From the human T2T-CHM13v2.0 reference genome, Homo sapiens: a stretch of DNA of 64,000 nt. Every line of letters begins with the position of its first letter. Within the stretch, counting starts at the first letter, position 1. The stretch lies in the NCBI RefSeq assembly GCF_009914755.1, contig NC_060940.1, one strand, 5' to 3'. The translations under genes and the position numbers were made by a program. A model generated the notes under the pieces. The model was not told the DNA's origin. It was given only the letters and a program-made list of their open reading frames with translations, and did no database searches. This document shows positions 14,904 to 28,536 of the stretch, in pieces.

Positions 14904-15340
14904 CAATCCTTCCAGCATCCCTGTGAGGAAAACATTATTTTCTTGAGATTACAGATGAGAAAACTGAGGCTGAGTAGTAACACATCTTGCTCAAGGTGAG
15001 AGAATCCAGATTTCATCCTAATTCAAGCCGTGTAATAAATACAAACATAGAGTGTTTGAGTTTTTATTTAAAACCTCATCATAAAGAAAGGGAAATGAAT
15101 TCAATGAATTAGCTAATTCTAATTAAGTGGCACTAAATATATCTAGCATATTTTTACAGTAAGATGCTCTTTGTGGTGTATGGTTGCTCGTGACAGGTCA
15201 CCCACTTATCTTCTCTGTAGACCTAAATAAAGCCAGGCAGTGGAGGGAGGGGTAGAATGCTACAGAAAGAACAAAGGAACTTTGACATAAAGATGGCACA
15301 TTTGTTAGAATAAACAGCAGCTAAAGTCAACAATGCGTTC
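14904..15340 (-). repeat. Right arm of inverted duplication (ancestral copy; begins within a MIR)
   Basis: Reverse complement of 12241-12674. The MIR core (ACAGATGAGAAAACTGAGGCT) continues leftwards beyond the arm only in this copy. Confidence 0.95.
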
Positions 15341-16161
15341 CAGGCCTCAGAGTGTGCTCTAGGGTCCCAAGACCAGAAAGAGGATAAACAGAAGGAATAA
15401 AAGACAGTTGTCATCCAATAGCATTGCCCTTAGGTGCAGGAAAAAGACACCACCCCAAGGCATAAATGGACTCCAGTTCTCTGGCACATCCTTTAAGCTA
15501 CTTGCCCTCCAGTGTGATATTGATCCAGCAGCTAAACACGAAAGGATCTTAAAGAGGGACAGACAAAGTCTGTAAAGTGCTGGGTTGTTCTTTCAGTATT
15601 TGAGTTTCTGGACTGGGAAAACATGTTGCATGGGGCAGGAGACACAGCTGCAACAGCCTGCAAAGCTCTTCTGGTTAAGTGTGGATAATAAAAACAACAA
15701 CAAAATCTACATCCCCAGTGTATAATTTCCAAAGCTCCCTGTAGTGTAAGTATGATATTCATAATTACACTCATTTTGCTGCTGAGGTCCCAGAAGACCT
15801 GAGCGATTGGTTATGCAACTCCTCCAAAGTTTCACAGAAGCAGGTCGACAGGAGAGCCGTAGACAGAAGACAGGTACAGGGAGGTGCTGGATGTCAGGCC
15901 ATTGGGTCCAGTCCCCTGCCCAAAGTGTCAAAGGCCTTGTAAAGAACACTTGCATGCATCTGTCTTTATTTTCTGTTCCCTCTCTCCTTATTGCAGAAGA
16001 GCCTACCCAAGGCCAATTTCTCCACTGCTGCACCCAAAGTCCATACTCCTTCACTTATCCATACACATCACCCCAAATATTAACTCTCCCAGCATCATCC
16101 ATTGCACCTTCGCTATTTGATCATCTCCATCAGCATATAAACATGCTGCTATATTTACAAT

Positions 16162-16183
16162 CACACACACACACACACACACA
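16162..16183. repeat. (CA)11 microsatellite
   Basis: Seen directly. Confidence 0.9.
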
Positions 16184-16439
16184 GAGTGGGTGAACCTTCT
16201 TCTGACCCCCATCTTCCTCCAGTTCTGCCCTACTTGCCTATTCCTCTAATATAGAAAAGATGGGTCTCTGTATGGATAGAGGATTAGATAGATAGATATG
16301 TGAGAAAACAAATCTATTAAAAGATTAATGATATAATCTAAATAGTGTGTATGTGGGTATACACTGTGTACTTCTTTCTTTCAAGCTTTCTGTGTGTTTG
16401 AAATTTTTCTAAGTGAAATATTGGGGGAAAAGCTGTCTC

Positions 16440-17000
16440 TATTTCCTCTCACCCTTTTCTTTCTATTCTCTCTAGAAACTACTCCAATATGTCTTTCATC
16501 CTCATTTCTTGTCAAAGTCTCCAATGACTTTTGTGTTGCTAATGCAGTGGCCACTCTCCCAAGCCTCATACTGATACATGGGCAGGCATTTGACACAGGT
16601 GGTTACTTCCTTCTCCTCCACTCAACCGCACTCAACTTCTGGGAGGTCACTCTGTCTTGGTCTCCCTCCTAGGGAGACCAAACATCTCCCTCCCCAAAAC
16701 CTCCCCTAACATCTAGACTATAGTGAGCCACAGGACTCATTCCCAGACCCCTTTTCTATTCACACTCCCATGCTGAGCTCACCCAGTCTCATGACTTTAA
16801 ATGTATCTTTGCAGATGACCTCCAAATATATACCTTTAACCCAGACTTCTCCCCTGAACTCTGAACTCTAATATCTAACTGCCTATTCTACATCCTCACT
16901 TCAAGGTCAAACAGGCATCCCAATCTTAAGATGTTCAAAGTCAAACTCTTTGTTTTATATCAGCCCCTCCACCCTCACCCAAATCTACTTATCCCCACAG
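16440..17000. mobile_element. L2 LINE fragment
   Basis: ACCCAGTCTCATGACTTTAAAT...GCAGATGACCTCCAAATATATAC...CCCAGACTTCTCCCCTGAACTC is typical L2 ORF2-region sequence. Confidence 0.7.
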
Positions 17001-17019
17001 AGACCTCCATGTAAATATG

Positions 17020-17290
17020 TCCAAGCTGGCCCGCTTGAAGGATGGTAGGCCATGCAGAAGAAAACCAAGGCACCCAGAAGGACATCCTGCCAACTGCGAG
17101 ATGTTTGAGTGAGACCATTCTGTCAGCCAGTCACCAGCCAGCCAACCAGCTAATGACAGATGCATGCATAGGCTCCAGAGAGATCAGCTGAGTTGTCCCA
17201 GACTACAAGAACCAGCCAACCCGCAGAATTACAAGAACAATAAAAGGTTGTTTTCTTAAGCCACTAAGATTTAGGATGGTTTGTTTCTTA
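17020..17290 (+). mobile_element. MLT1-family MaLR LTR, 3' part
   Basis: AGAATTACAAGAACAATAAAAGGTTGTTTTCTTAAGCCACTAAGATTTAGGATGGTTTGTT is the MLT1 3' signature. Confidence 0.65.
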
Positions 17291-18787
17291 AAAAAAAAAA
17301 AAAAAATGAAGAACACCTGAAATATTCTAGAAACTATGTGTAATTTTAAGGTGAAAGAGTCACTCATAAAGAAAGATAATTACCTAACTCTTTAAATGCA
17401 TGCATTGGGAGCTGGCCTTGTCACAGTTCCTTGAATATATCCCTTATTTACTTGAATATAGGCTTTTAAACTGCCCCCATTTTCTCACCCAGGAAACTTC
17501 TCATGGTAGGACAGCTTCTTCCAACTATCTTGAAAACTCTTGAGTAGAGCTTTTTGCACGCTCTAAGTTGTTGAGATGTCTAAGTTGATACATTCCTTTC
17601 TTACATAAACTTCAGACAAGGAAAAGAGACAGATCTGCACAAATGTGCCCTCTGTTTTCATGTTTAATGATGCCATGTGATATCTCCTGGATTGTAAGTC
17701 TGATTAGTGTGGTTCACGTGGCTAACACCCCTCTATCATGTATTGATTCACTTTTGAGATTGGATCAAAGTATGCTGAATTATTAAAGACTTAATTTTTG
17801 ACTCTGGGTTGGATGCAAATATGTTTTCAAAGTGCATTATATTTTAAAAATTCTTCCAGAACTTCATTAGGAAGCCACTGAAATGTACCAATTTTTGATT
17901 TGATCTGTCAGAGTAGCCTGAGGATGTAGCAACTACATAGGCCCCAGATCCTGACCCAGAGCAGTTAAACTTAACAAAATCTTGCTAGTGAATCAGCTGC
18001 CTGCTCTGATTGCTAGAGTAAAATTAACAATTCTCAAGGGCCTAGAGAAACCCTGAAGATAGCTACATCCATTTCTTTTTCCTCTTCGTATTTGCTTACC
18101 TCCCTCCTATCACACTCTGCTCTCATGGAAGGAGCCAGGCCTGTGGAAACCCCTGCTCGAACTCCTCCCAGCTAGCCTCAAGTACATGATTCTCACCTGT
18201 GCCCCCAAACTTTTCTGTATGACACCTGGTTAATTCTTAATATATGGCATTGCCATTGTAAGTTTATCAGCCATCTGCCCTACTAGCCTGGTATTCTGTA
18301 AGGTCAAGTACCGAGTCTTATTTACATCTGCACACCCTATACCCAGCAAGGGGTTCTGCACAACGTGGGTGCTCCAAATAGGCTTATTGATTGAATGAAA
18401 TCAACAGACTCATGTCTCATTATCGAATATAGATCTCCCCCAAGAAGCTTGTGAACTGATGAAAATTATACAAGTGTTTGTTACCATCGTCATCATCATC
18501 ATCATCACCACTGACTTCATTTCAGTAGCTGTGTTTCCTGGATTTAATTTGTTTCCCCAATCTTCATTATCTAGTTAGCAGTGGGAGGCTGGGCAGAAAT
18601 CCAGGCCTCCTGGCTCCAAGTCTGTTCATGTTCCCTCATAACATTTTAACCATTAGCCTGATAGAGACCTGCAGCGGTCAACATAGCAAGAGCACAGAGA
18701 GGATTCTAGGATCACACAGCCAGGCCATGGCCCCAAGTAATGTGTGGGAAGAAAGTTATCACTCAGAAAACAATTACCCTGTCCCAT

Positions 18788-19070
18788 GGCCGGGGCGGTG
18801 GCTGATGCCTATAATCCCAGCACTTTGGGAGGCTGAGGCTGACAGATCACTTGAGGTTAGGAGTTCGAGACCAGTCTGGCCAACATGGCAAAACCCCATC
18901 TCTACTAAAAAAAAATACAAAAATCAGCCCAGCATGGTGGCTCACGCCTGTAATCCCAGCTACTTGGGAGGCTGAAGCACGAATCACTTGAACCTGGGAG
19001 GCGGAGTTTGCAGGGAGCCAAGATGGTGCCTCTGCACTACAGCCTGGGCCACAGAGCAAGACACTGTCTC

Positions 19071-19097
<27 letters not shown>
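18788..19097 (+). mobile_element. Alu SINE (AluSx/Sz-like)
   Basis: Full Alu with long poly-A; perfect 16-bp TSD AATTACCCTGTCCCAT (18772-18787, 19098-19113). Confidence 0.97.
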
Positions 19098-19101
<4 letters not shown>

Positions 19102-19654
19102 ACCCTGTCCCATCACTCTGCTCATCACTCTATTATTTTACCTTTTTAAAATTCTCACAAAAACATTGTGAGGCAGGTAATAATTTTTCAGATGAGGAAA
19201 TAATGGCAGTGAATTTTCTATGGCAGGCAGCAAATCAGTGGCTTGACCACGCAACACCATTCAGCCAACTCGCTATCCTAGATGTCTAAAGATGTCTCTA
19301 CCTAGCTCAAGAAGACTTTCTCAAAGCCCTACTTCCAGGCACAATAGAAAACATGATATCTATTTACAAGGCCAACGTTACTGGAGGCTGAGGAAAGAAG
19401 AGGCTGGTATTAGGAAAAATAGACAAAAAAAAATTCAGTTTTTTAGGACCAAGCAGTTCTTCAAAACAAAAGGGAAACTCAAGTAGATATATTTCGTGAA
19501 TATGAATCTGTCATTATTCAAAGTGTCTGAGCCTTTTAACGTGAGAAGTTTTAATGCTGTGTGTGACTCTGCTCCTGGACCGAGCATTTCATAGACAAAC
19601 ACCTGGAGAGTGTGGCTAACATGGGAGGAAGATATCTCCTCAAGGTGGCATAGG

Positions 19655-19767
19655 GCATCCAAATATTGCATGGAATATACTTATACTAAAAAATTATTTT
19701 TCATTTATCTGAAATTACAATGTAACCTAGTATCCTGCATTTTTATGTTCTAAATCTGGCAACCCTA
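19655..19767. mobile_element. MER53 half-element
   Basis: CCAAATATTGCATGGAATATACTTATACTAAAAAATTAT...TTTATCTGAAATT...TAAATCTGGCAACCCTA is the centre plus one arm of MER53. Confidence 0.8.
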
Positions 19768-20872
19768 CATAGGTATATTTTTGACAGTGAGGACGCTCTA
19801 CCAGAAGACGGGTGCTCCTGTGTCATTGATCAGAACTGAGACCCATGTCCATGCTGGCTCCAACCTTCAGCAAGGGGGTGGAGCCTGCATAGTGACTTGG
19901 ATCACTATGGATCATCCCTTTGGGCCTCCTGGAGAACACGGACATGAGTTAAAATGAAGGGCTTAGGAGACATAGAAGGGGAAATGGGAGTCGGAAATGC
20001 AATCAGCCCCATTACCATCATCATTACAGGGGCTCCAGAGCTGACACCCTCCTTTCCAGCCCACGTATCTTAGTTCTTGGTCTGACCTTGCTATGGAGGG
20101 AGTTGGATACATGAAGTGGGATGACTGCCAGGCTGCATCTCTCTTTACTTCTTGGCATGTCCTTCAGCAATGACTGCTTCACATCCTTCATGTTTTTCAG
20201 GATGATGCCTCAATGGTCCTGCTGTGGAAGGAAAGCTGCTCTGCAGGAGTCAGAAGACATTATTCTCTGAGTGGTGGATTCAGCTCTGGATCACGTATAC
20301 CCGTGGGCAAGCAAGCTTGGCTTTCGAGTCCTCTCTCAACTCCCCTGCAAAAGGGAGTGTTCCTTGTAAAGAACTTAAAGTCCCTTTTCACTCCAGCTAT
20401 CTTTCAGCAGAGTCACGTCCTGGCTCTTCCCACCTGAATCGAGCTTTGACATTGCTTAGGAGCCTCTCATTTTTTGGATATTTTAAATCAAAATTCTAAA
20501 AAATGTCAAATATATCCTGGGCACTGTTTGGTAGGCATTGCTGATAAAAGATGCACAAAGTGTGCTGAGCACACAGTCCAAGAGAAGTGATAGACATACA
20601 AACAGCCAAGTACCACTCAGTGTGGGGCATGCCATTGTAGAATTACAGAGAACGTACTGGAGGATCTCTGAAAAAGGAGGTAGCAAATTTCTCTGTCCCA
20701 AGGAACCCGGGAGGAAGTCAGAGAGGAGGTGATTCCTGAGCTGGGTCTTTAAAGATGAGCAGGGTTTCACCAGTCAGCAAAGAGCCTGGTGTGTTAGGAT
20801 AGCAAAGGGAGGCTCCATGTGAACAGAAAGAAGGTTCTGATAATGAAGAGAGGTAAACAGCCTACTTGCCTA

Positions 20873-21226
<354 letters not shown>

Positions 21227-23631
21227 AAAAGAGCAGGATGCATCCAGCGAGTTTTGTGCACACTACAAGACAATTATTTTTAATACATTAATTCTTAAAA
21301 TGCCTTTGCTGGCAGCATTAATTCACTTAGGTGATACTGAAGCTTCTTAACAAATAGCATTGCCAGCGATGCATTTCATAGTGATGTGACTCAGTATCCT
21401 AGAACAGTGCTTAAACACAATGAGAATGTGTCAACCCATACGCACTTAATTCATTCACAGTGTGGATCCCAGCAGAATGGCCAAGTTCCACAAGCAGCAT
21501 TCACCCTGCCTTTCCATCTCACAGTGTTTTATAACATCGTCAACCTGAATGAGGTGCCTAGAAGGACAAGTGGTGGTTTTCAGGTTGAAAATAAGTGTCC
21601 ATTCCTTCCCATGGGAAGCTGACATCTCATTTTTTAAGGGTGACATGCCATTACAAAGACGCATTGAAAGGTGAAAATTGGAGCACACTCTTGAACATCC
21701 TAAGTGGTACACGAGCTAGAAAGAAACTCTCATTAGGTGTAATGACTCTTCTACCTTGAAATGCAGGGGAAGGACGTATGCTACAAGAAAATAGAACACA
21801 TGTTGGGTAAATATAAGCATGCTCTCAAAGAAACCAGAATGGACAAGGTTTCATTCGCTTCACATCTACAATAAAACAAGCCAAAATATGGAGCCATATG
21901 TAGGTGAGCTTAGGTTTAGTTAGGAGCTTTCTTTCAAAAATGACCATGGCACAGTGCAAAAAGTGCCTACATTGGAGGGAGGGGGGCATTCTGATTTTTA
22001 GCAAGTGCCATTTAGTTATCATTGTCCTCATCATTGGCAGGGTCTGGGAATGACATTCGCCTGCCTTGAGCAAGCTAAGAGCTTTCTTTGAAAAAGCATC
22101 CCCAAGTGAAGGGGCTTTATAATCTCCACACTGAGGTCAGGAAACTGAGAAAGATGGCAAGACATCGTACCTAGGATTACACAGCTAGAGCTTGATTGCA
22201 CCTCAGTAAGTCCAGGTTTCCCTGAAACCAAATGGAGCATCTTTCCATGGAAACCTAGAAAAAGTAACATATTTTCTCAAGTTCACCAGACCCTGGAGGG
22301 GTTGCAACTTGAACCAGGAACCCCATTTTTCTGGCTGAGTTCAGATTCTTCCCTTTCAGTTTGCTGGGAATAGCTCCCTCTCTTAAACCTCCTGACCATT
22401 TTAAACTTTTGGTCAACTTTCCTTCAACAACTCTAGTCTCTGGTATTTCTGCTTTCTATGTGAAAGGGAATAACTTGATAACCTTTAAAATCCTTCTTTA
22501 GAGAAGAAAGAACTAGCCATTTATATTCCTGCTGCAATCCTCATGGCTCTGCCTGCCTCTGAACTGGCTTTCTTGGCTCCGTGATCCTTAGGCTTTGTTA
22601 ACAACCTCTCTTTGAGGTTAGGGTGAGGAATAGTAATTCAGCTATTCACAGGGGCTGCTGGAGGCAAGCCTGAAAGGTGTCCAGAGAGCCAGCAGGCACG
22701 GGCCATGCTTTCAATGGACAAGGGCAAGAGTCAAGAGTCATTTCCCCATGTGGTATGTATGTGAGTGTGAGAAAGAAAGAGAGAGAGATGAGAGAGACAG
22801 AAGAGAGATTATGGGAGGGGCAGGAAAACATCAATATATGCCCTTCCAAAATAAATTTAACTTCTAGGTAGAATCTTAGTTTCCAAATAGGCTTATGGAA
22901 TCCTCACTTTTTCCAATTTCAAAGCTTCCTGTTGCATCCAGCGTTTCTAGAAACACTCCTTTGTAGAACAGCAGCACTGTAAGAACAAAGGGACACCATA
23001 AAATAGAAATTGGGACACAACGCATTCTTTTCCAAACAGCAATATATCAAAGGCTTGGTTCTCATCCCACAAGGGGAGAGGCTCCTAAGGTTAGGCATGG
23101 TTTGAGTATTGCCTTCCCACCTGCATGCTATGATCTGAGAAAATATAAAAACCCAGCACAGAATTGCCAGCACTCTGAATGTGTAAGGAAGACTAAGACC
23201 AAAACTCCAAGAGTCGTCCCTGTGGGTGGCTGGCATGTCAGAACTCAGTGACCCCATGCTCTGACTCTAGCTTTTTATTTTCCCTTTGGGGCAACCCAAT
23301 TTGCTTCACATTGACACCATTACAACAGACTCTAGGCTGTGGTGTCTTGTTTTCTATTTAAGATCTCTGTCCAGGCATTCATCTCTTCCTTTGTTCCTTT
23401 TCATATAGTTAAGACAGGCTCTCTTTTCCAGAAGACTTTATTGAACCCTAAAAGATGAAGAATGGAACATAAACTCAGTGAACATAAAGGCCATTAAAGT
23501 GAGCATGGGTTTGGGGGGAAAGGGAATCTGTTTTTACCTGCATGTTTCTCTCTTGTGAAACTCCTTTAAGCAGTGACACAAAAGAAGACCTTATGCCAAG
23601 TTCCAACTTGAAGCTCATCAGTTAAGGCTTG

Positions 23632-24005
23632 GATGCATAATGTATACATACCATGGAATATTATTCAGCCTTAAAAAAGGAAGGAAATTCTGATATATTC
23701 TACAACATGGATGAACCTTGAGGACATTATGCTGAGTAAAAATAATGCACTCAGAAAAAAAACAAATAGTGTATGATTCCACTTAAATGAGGTACTTAGA
23801 GCAGTCAAATTCATAGAGACAGAGAGGAGAATGATGGCTGCTAGGGGCTGGGGGAGAGGGAGAAATTGGGAATTACTATTGAATAGGTACAGTTTCACTG
23901 AAGTCACTTTAAAACAATTATGGGTTAACCATCTTAACACTGAAAAAGTGGCTAAGATTGTAAATTTTATCCTATATGTATTTTACCACAATTAATTTTT
24001 TTAAT
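23632..24005 (+). mobile_element. L1MB-like 3' end
   Basis: ATGGAATATTATTCAGCCTTAAAAAAGGAAGGAAATTCTGA...ACATGGATGAACCTTGAGGACATTATGCT...GTCAAATTCATAGAGACAGA. Confidence 0.85.
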
Positions 24006-24217
24006 TGAAAATGTTGAGTGTATTTCAACAATGATTTCGACTTTTCAGCCTGGTTCCATTGCCTTCATTGATGTTGGAATCTTCAGATCCCACCAATAGG
24101 GATCTAAACTACAAGTTATTTTCTCGACCTTGTTAGAGACAAATGAGATTCTTTATTAAATGATTTAAACTGATTTTTTTTCAACTAACTTTTAGGTTTA
24201 AACAATCAAACTCACTA

Positions 24218-24565
<348 letters not shown>

Positions 24566-27500
24566 TCAGGGTAAGCACAAAACAGAACTGAGGCACTGTG
24601 GCATGAATGACTTTCAAGAAGGTAACACCAAATGAAGAGCTGGAAAGAAGATCTGCCTTCCTTTCTATGAGTTAATTATCTTGTCCGTTTCTTTTTCTAG
24701 TCATTTAATAAATAATATTTTGCTTATCGACCTTTTTTAAAATCTTGGAACAATAAGAGAGATACTTTCATTTCTTCATCCAATTTCAAAGTCTGGAGAA
24801 AAAAAGACATGCATGCACAACTAAGTAATCAACGTTAGATTCTGCTGACATTTATTAAGCTCCTACAGTAGGCTAGGAAACAGGCACATAAAACTACATG
24901 GCCATGAGTTTCTAATTTAATTCTGTTTCCTAACCAAACTGAATCAAAAGGCTATTGTTTTTCCCACATCTTCAACAATTCATTTAATTCCTGTATTAAT
25001 CTATGTTTCGAAACACCCACCCTGGTCATCCCTTATCCTGTCTCACCAAAATTATTACTCCTGCTCTGTTGCAGCCACACATTTTTGTGGACTTCCATGG
25101 ACAGGTTAGGGGGAAGAGATTTGGATGTCATCATGATCAGTAGATGACTGCTCAAGAATATAGATACTAAGACCACAGGAGGGGTGAGGAAGGAGCCTTG
25201 AAGATCCCCAGAACCCAAAGAAGTGGGCAGAGAAATAGAAGGACCAGAAGAGAGAGGAGGGAATTACCAAATTCAAAGTACAAGTTTGGAGAGAAAATGA
25301 TGAGCAACAACATCTAATGTTGCCAAGTAAGATGAGGAGTAATGAGTCCTTCAGCTGTGATACTTGGGAGGTTCCTTGGATTTTAGAAAATCACTGCCTT
25401 AGACTCGGGGTGGTGAAAGTGATAGTGACACATGAGTAGAATGCAGTACAATGAAGCAAATAAATGTGGATAGTTCTCTTAAGACAATTGACCCGGAAAT
25501 GAATGAGGCATCTCAAAGAAGAGTAGTCTCAAAGGGAGATGAGTGGATCCAACGTTTGGAGGTGCTTCTTGTGGCATCTGTTGTTGAAAGAGACTTTTGT
25601 AAATGGAGTAATTTTGAGAGAGAGCAAGAGAGAGGAAGAGAAAGAGAGAATGAGAATGAGGATATATTCAAGACTCAGGAATTAAAAATGTGGTCAGAGG
25701 AGGGAAGATTCCTAGGGTGGTGATGGGTGAAAGCCAGAACCAGGCACACACCGAATAGGAGAAAAACGCTTTTACATAGAAAAAGTGCACCAGGCTCAAT
25801 TCTCCTTCTTCCATAGAGCCCTCCATCTAGACCTCAGCTCGCCTAATGCCAATCCCCTTTCTTACCGTTGCAGAGCCATGTGCAGGGTGAGTGTAGAGCA
25901 ATTATTTGTAGAGAATAAGAACAGAGAGATGATGCTCTGCATGGCTCAGAAACAACTTCTGCATGAACTCCTCTTTGGAGGCCTGGGTGTGTTGAGCCAG
26001 TTCACTCCAGCGTGGGCAGCAGACACTCCAGCCCCAGCTATGTCTGCCACTCTCTGAGTCTCCTTCCTTGCCTCTCTCCTTCCCGTTTAATTTCAAACTC
26101 TCACATTTCTTGTGCATTTCTCCTCTTAAGGACAGAGACACTGGGTCATTCTGTAATGTGCTGGAAAAATCCACAATCCTTAATAAAAAGGCAGGCAGAA
26201 CCTTTCTTCCCCACAGCAGGGGTAGCTGAGCAGTGCTTGGCCAGGCAGAGGGAGGGCCATCTCTTTATCCCCTCCCCTTCCCTTGTCCCCCAGGGGGTAC
26301 GTTCCTGGAAGCACTAATGGTTCTTAAGTTTAGGCAGTGTCCAGCTGTGAAGTGAGGCTCCATTCTTCAAAGAAGTCAGCAGCCACCTGCTCTGCAGGAG
26401 ACAGGGGAGAAATCGAACCCTCAACTAGAGAGACAGTGGGTGGTACACTCTGGCTGCTGGCTGCAGCCACCTGCCTCCCATCCGTGCAGCTGGGACTGAT
26501 GGACCCAACCAAGAGGTTCAGCCCAGCCCCTGGAAGAAAAGCTGGCCCCTCCCAGAGGGCATGACTTCCTACTTGTCAACCTAGAACTTCACCATTGTCA
26601 TTGACCCTGATCCCAAGCCTCCTCCTGAGAACTCAGTTTCTTCCTCGTGCCAATGACAGCTGCAGCCTATGTCCTAAAAAACTGAGTCCCTAGACATCTG
26701 CCGACCTAGAGATAAAGCCCTTTGTCCCCCTTGCCTTCACTGTCCCCTGTGTAGGAAATGCATCCCACCCCTACTCATGGGCCCTATTCAGGAGTCCCTG
26801 TTCCTGCTGCCTAAGCTCCCCAGTCCAAGTCACAGACAGCAGTCTCCTCCTGCAGTCTCCTTGCCTGACAACCTGCCCTGACACCACCCTAACACCGAGG
26901 GGGCCTCCTGAAGCTGACTGCTCACCTGAGCCCCACTACCTATGACCAGGCTTCCTAATTCCTCAGGTACCTCAGTGGTCCTGTCCACAGGGTGGCTGGG
27001 AGGCTGCAGTGAGATGGAGAGGTAGAGCGATGCCTCAATGCCCACACATGTCCATGGTGGGGACCATTGTTGTTGCTGGTGTTTTGCTCTTGTTGAGGGC
27101 AGATTTGGCAGCCGTGTATCCCTCACCCCCAGCTCCCACTTCAATCCTGGAGCACACAATGTGCCCCTAAGACATTGCCCAGCTGGAGACAGGCAGACAA
27201 GCCTAGATTTGAGTCCAGACAGACTTGAGTTTGAATCTAAGCTCGCTTATTATCTGTGTGACTTAGAGCAAAATCACTTAACCCCTGGAGCCTCCGTTTG
27301 TTCCTCTATAAAGCCTCCCCTGTGGGTTTCGTGGGATAATGAAATGAGATGACATAGGAAACAAACCTGGCACTTTTAGGCATTGAAAAGAACCCTGTAC
27401 TCGTGCCTGTCCTGTCTTCTGGAAAAGTAGGCAGAGCCACCTGGCTTTGATCCAAGACCACCCCAGGGATTTCCCCAGGAAAAGACTTCAGATGCTTTCC

Positions 27501-28199
27501 CCAAAGGGAACCACAAATGCCGGCAACACACCCGAATCTGCCTCCTTCACAGGCCTGGGGATGTGTTTGATGTAATCAACAATTGCCTATGCCTGTGAGC
27601 TGAATCCCGACACATAGGCTCACTTCCGACAACGTGCATATGTTCCTCCAAATTAAATGGGAGCCTGGGGAGCAAATGACTTTTATCAGGATGTGGGGTC
27701 AAGAACTGCCCTCCTGCTCTCCTACAATGGGTTATTTACAACTGTGTGTTTCTCCCAGTGCTGCTTGTCAGCTGCTAATAGCATCCTATTAAGAAAGAAC
27801 TGGAAGGAAGGACAGCAGAGGCCTCCACCAGCCCCTGCCCACTGAGAAGGGGCTGAGACAAAGTGCAGGGTGAAGTGGAAAAATTCAGGCTCTGAGGTCT
27901 GACTGCTGGGGCTTGATTTCCAGCTTACTAGTTTGGGACTCTGGGCAAGTAACTTTATCTCTTTTGAGCCTCTGTTTCTTCATCTGTAAAATGGCCATTA
28001 TAACATTATGAGAGACAGCAGTGCGGCAAAGTGAATGGCATGGTGCTGACATTCCACAATGCTGAGCAACATTAAAATTAGCTGGAGTTGAATGAGCAGT
28101 ACATGAGCTCTGGGGTGTTCTGTAATGGAAAGAGATGGAAGGCAATGGCAAGAGAAAGCACCTACTCTGTGCTACTTTTACATATGCTATTGTATTTAA

Positions 28200-28536
<337 letters not shown>

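Noticed and set aside
27584-27623. Small alternative hairpins GCCTATG/CATAGGC and GTGAGC/GCTCAC
   Set aside because: Stems of 6-7 bp are expected by chance.
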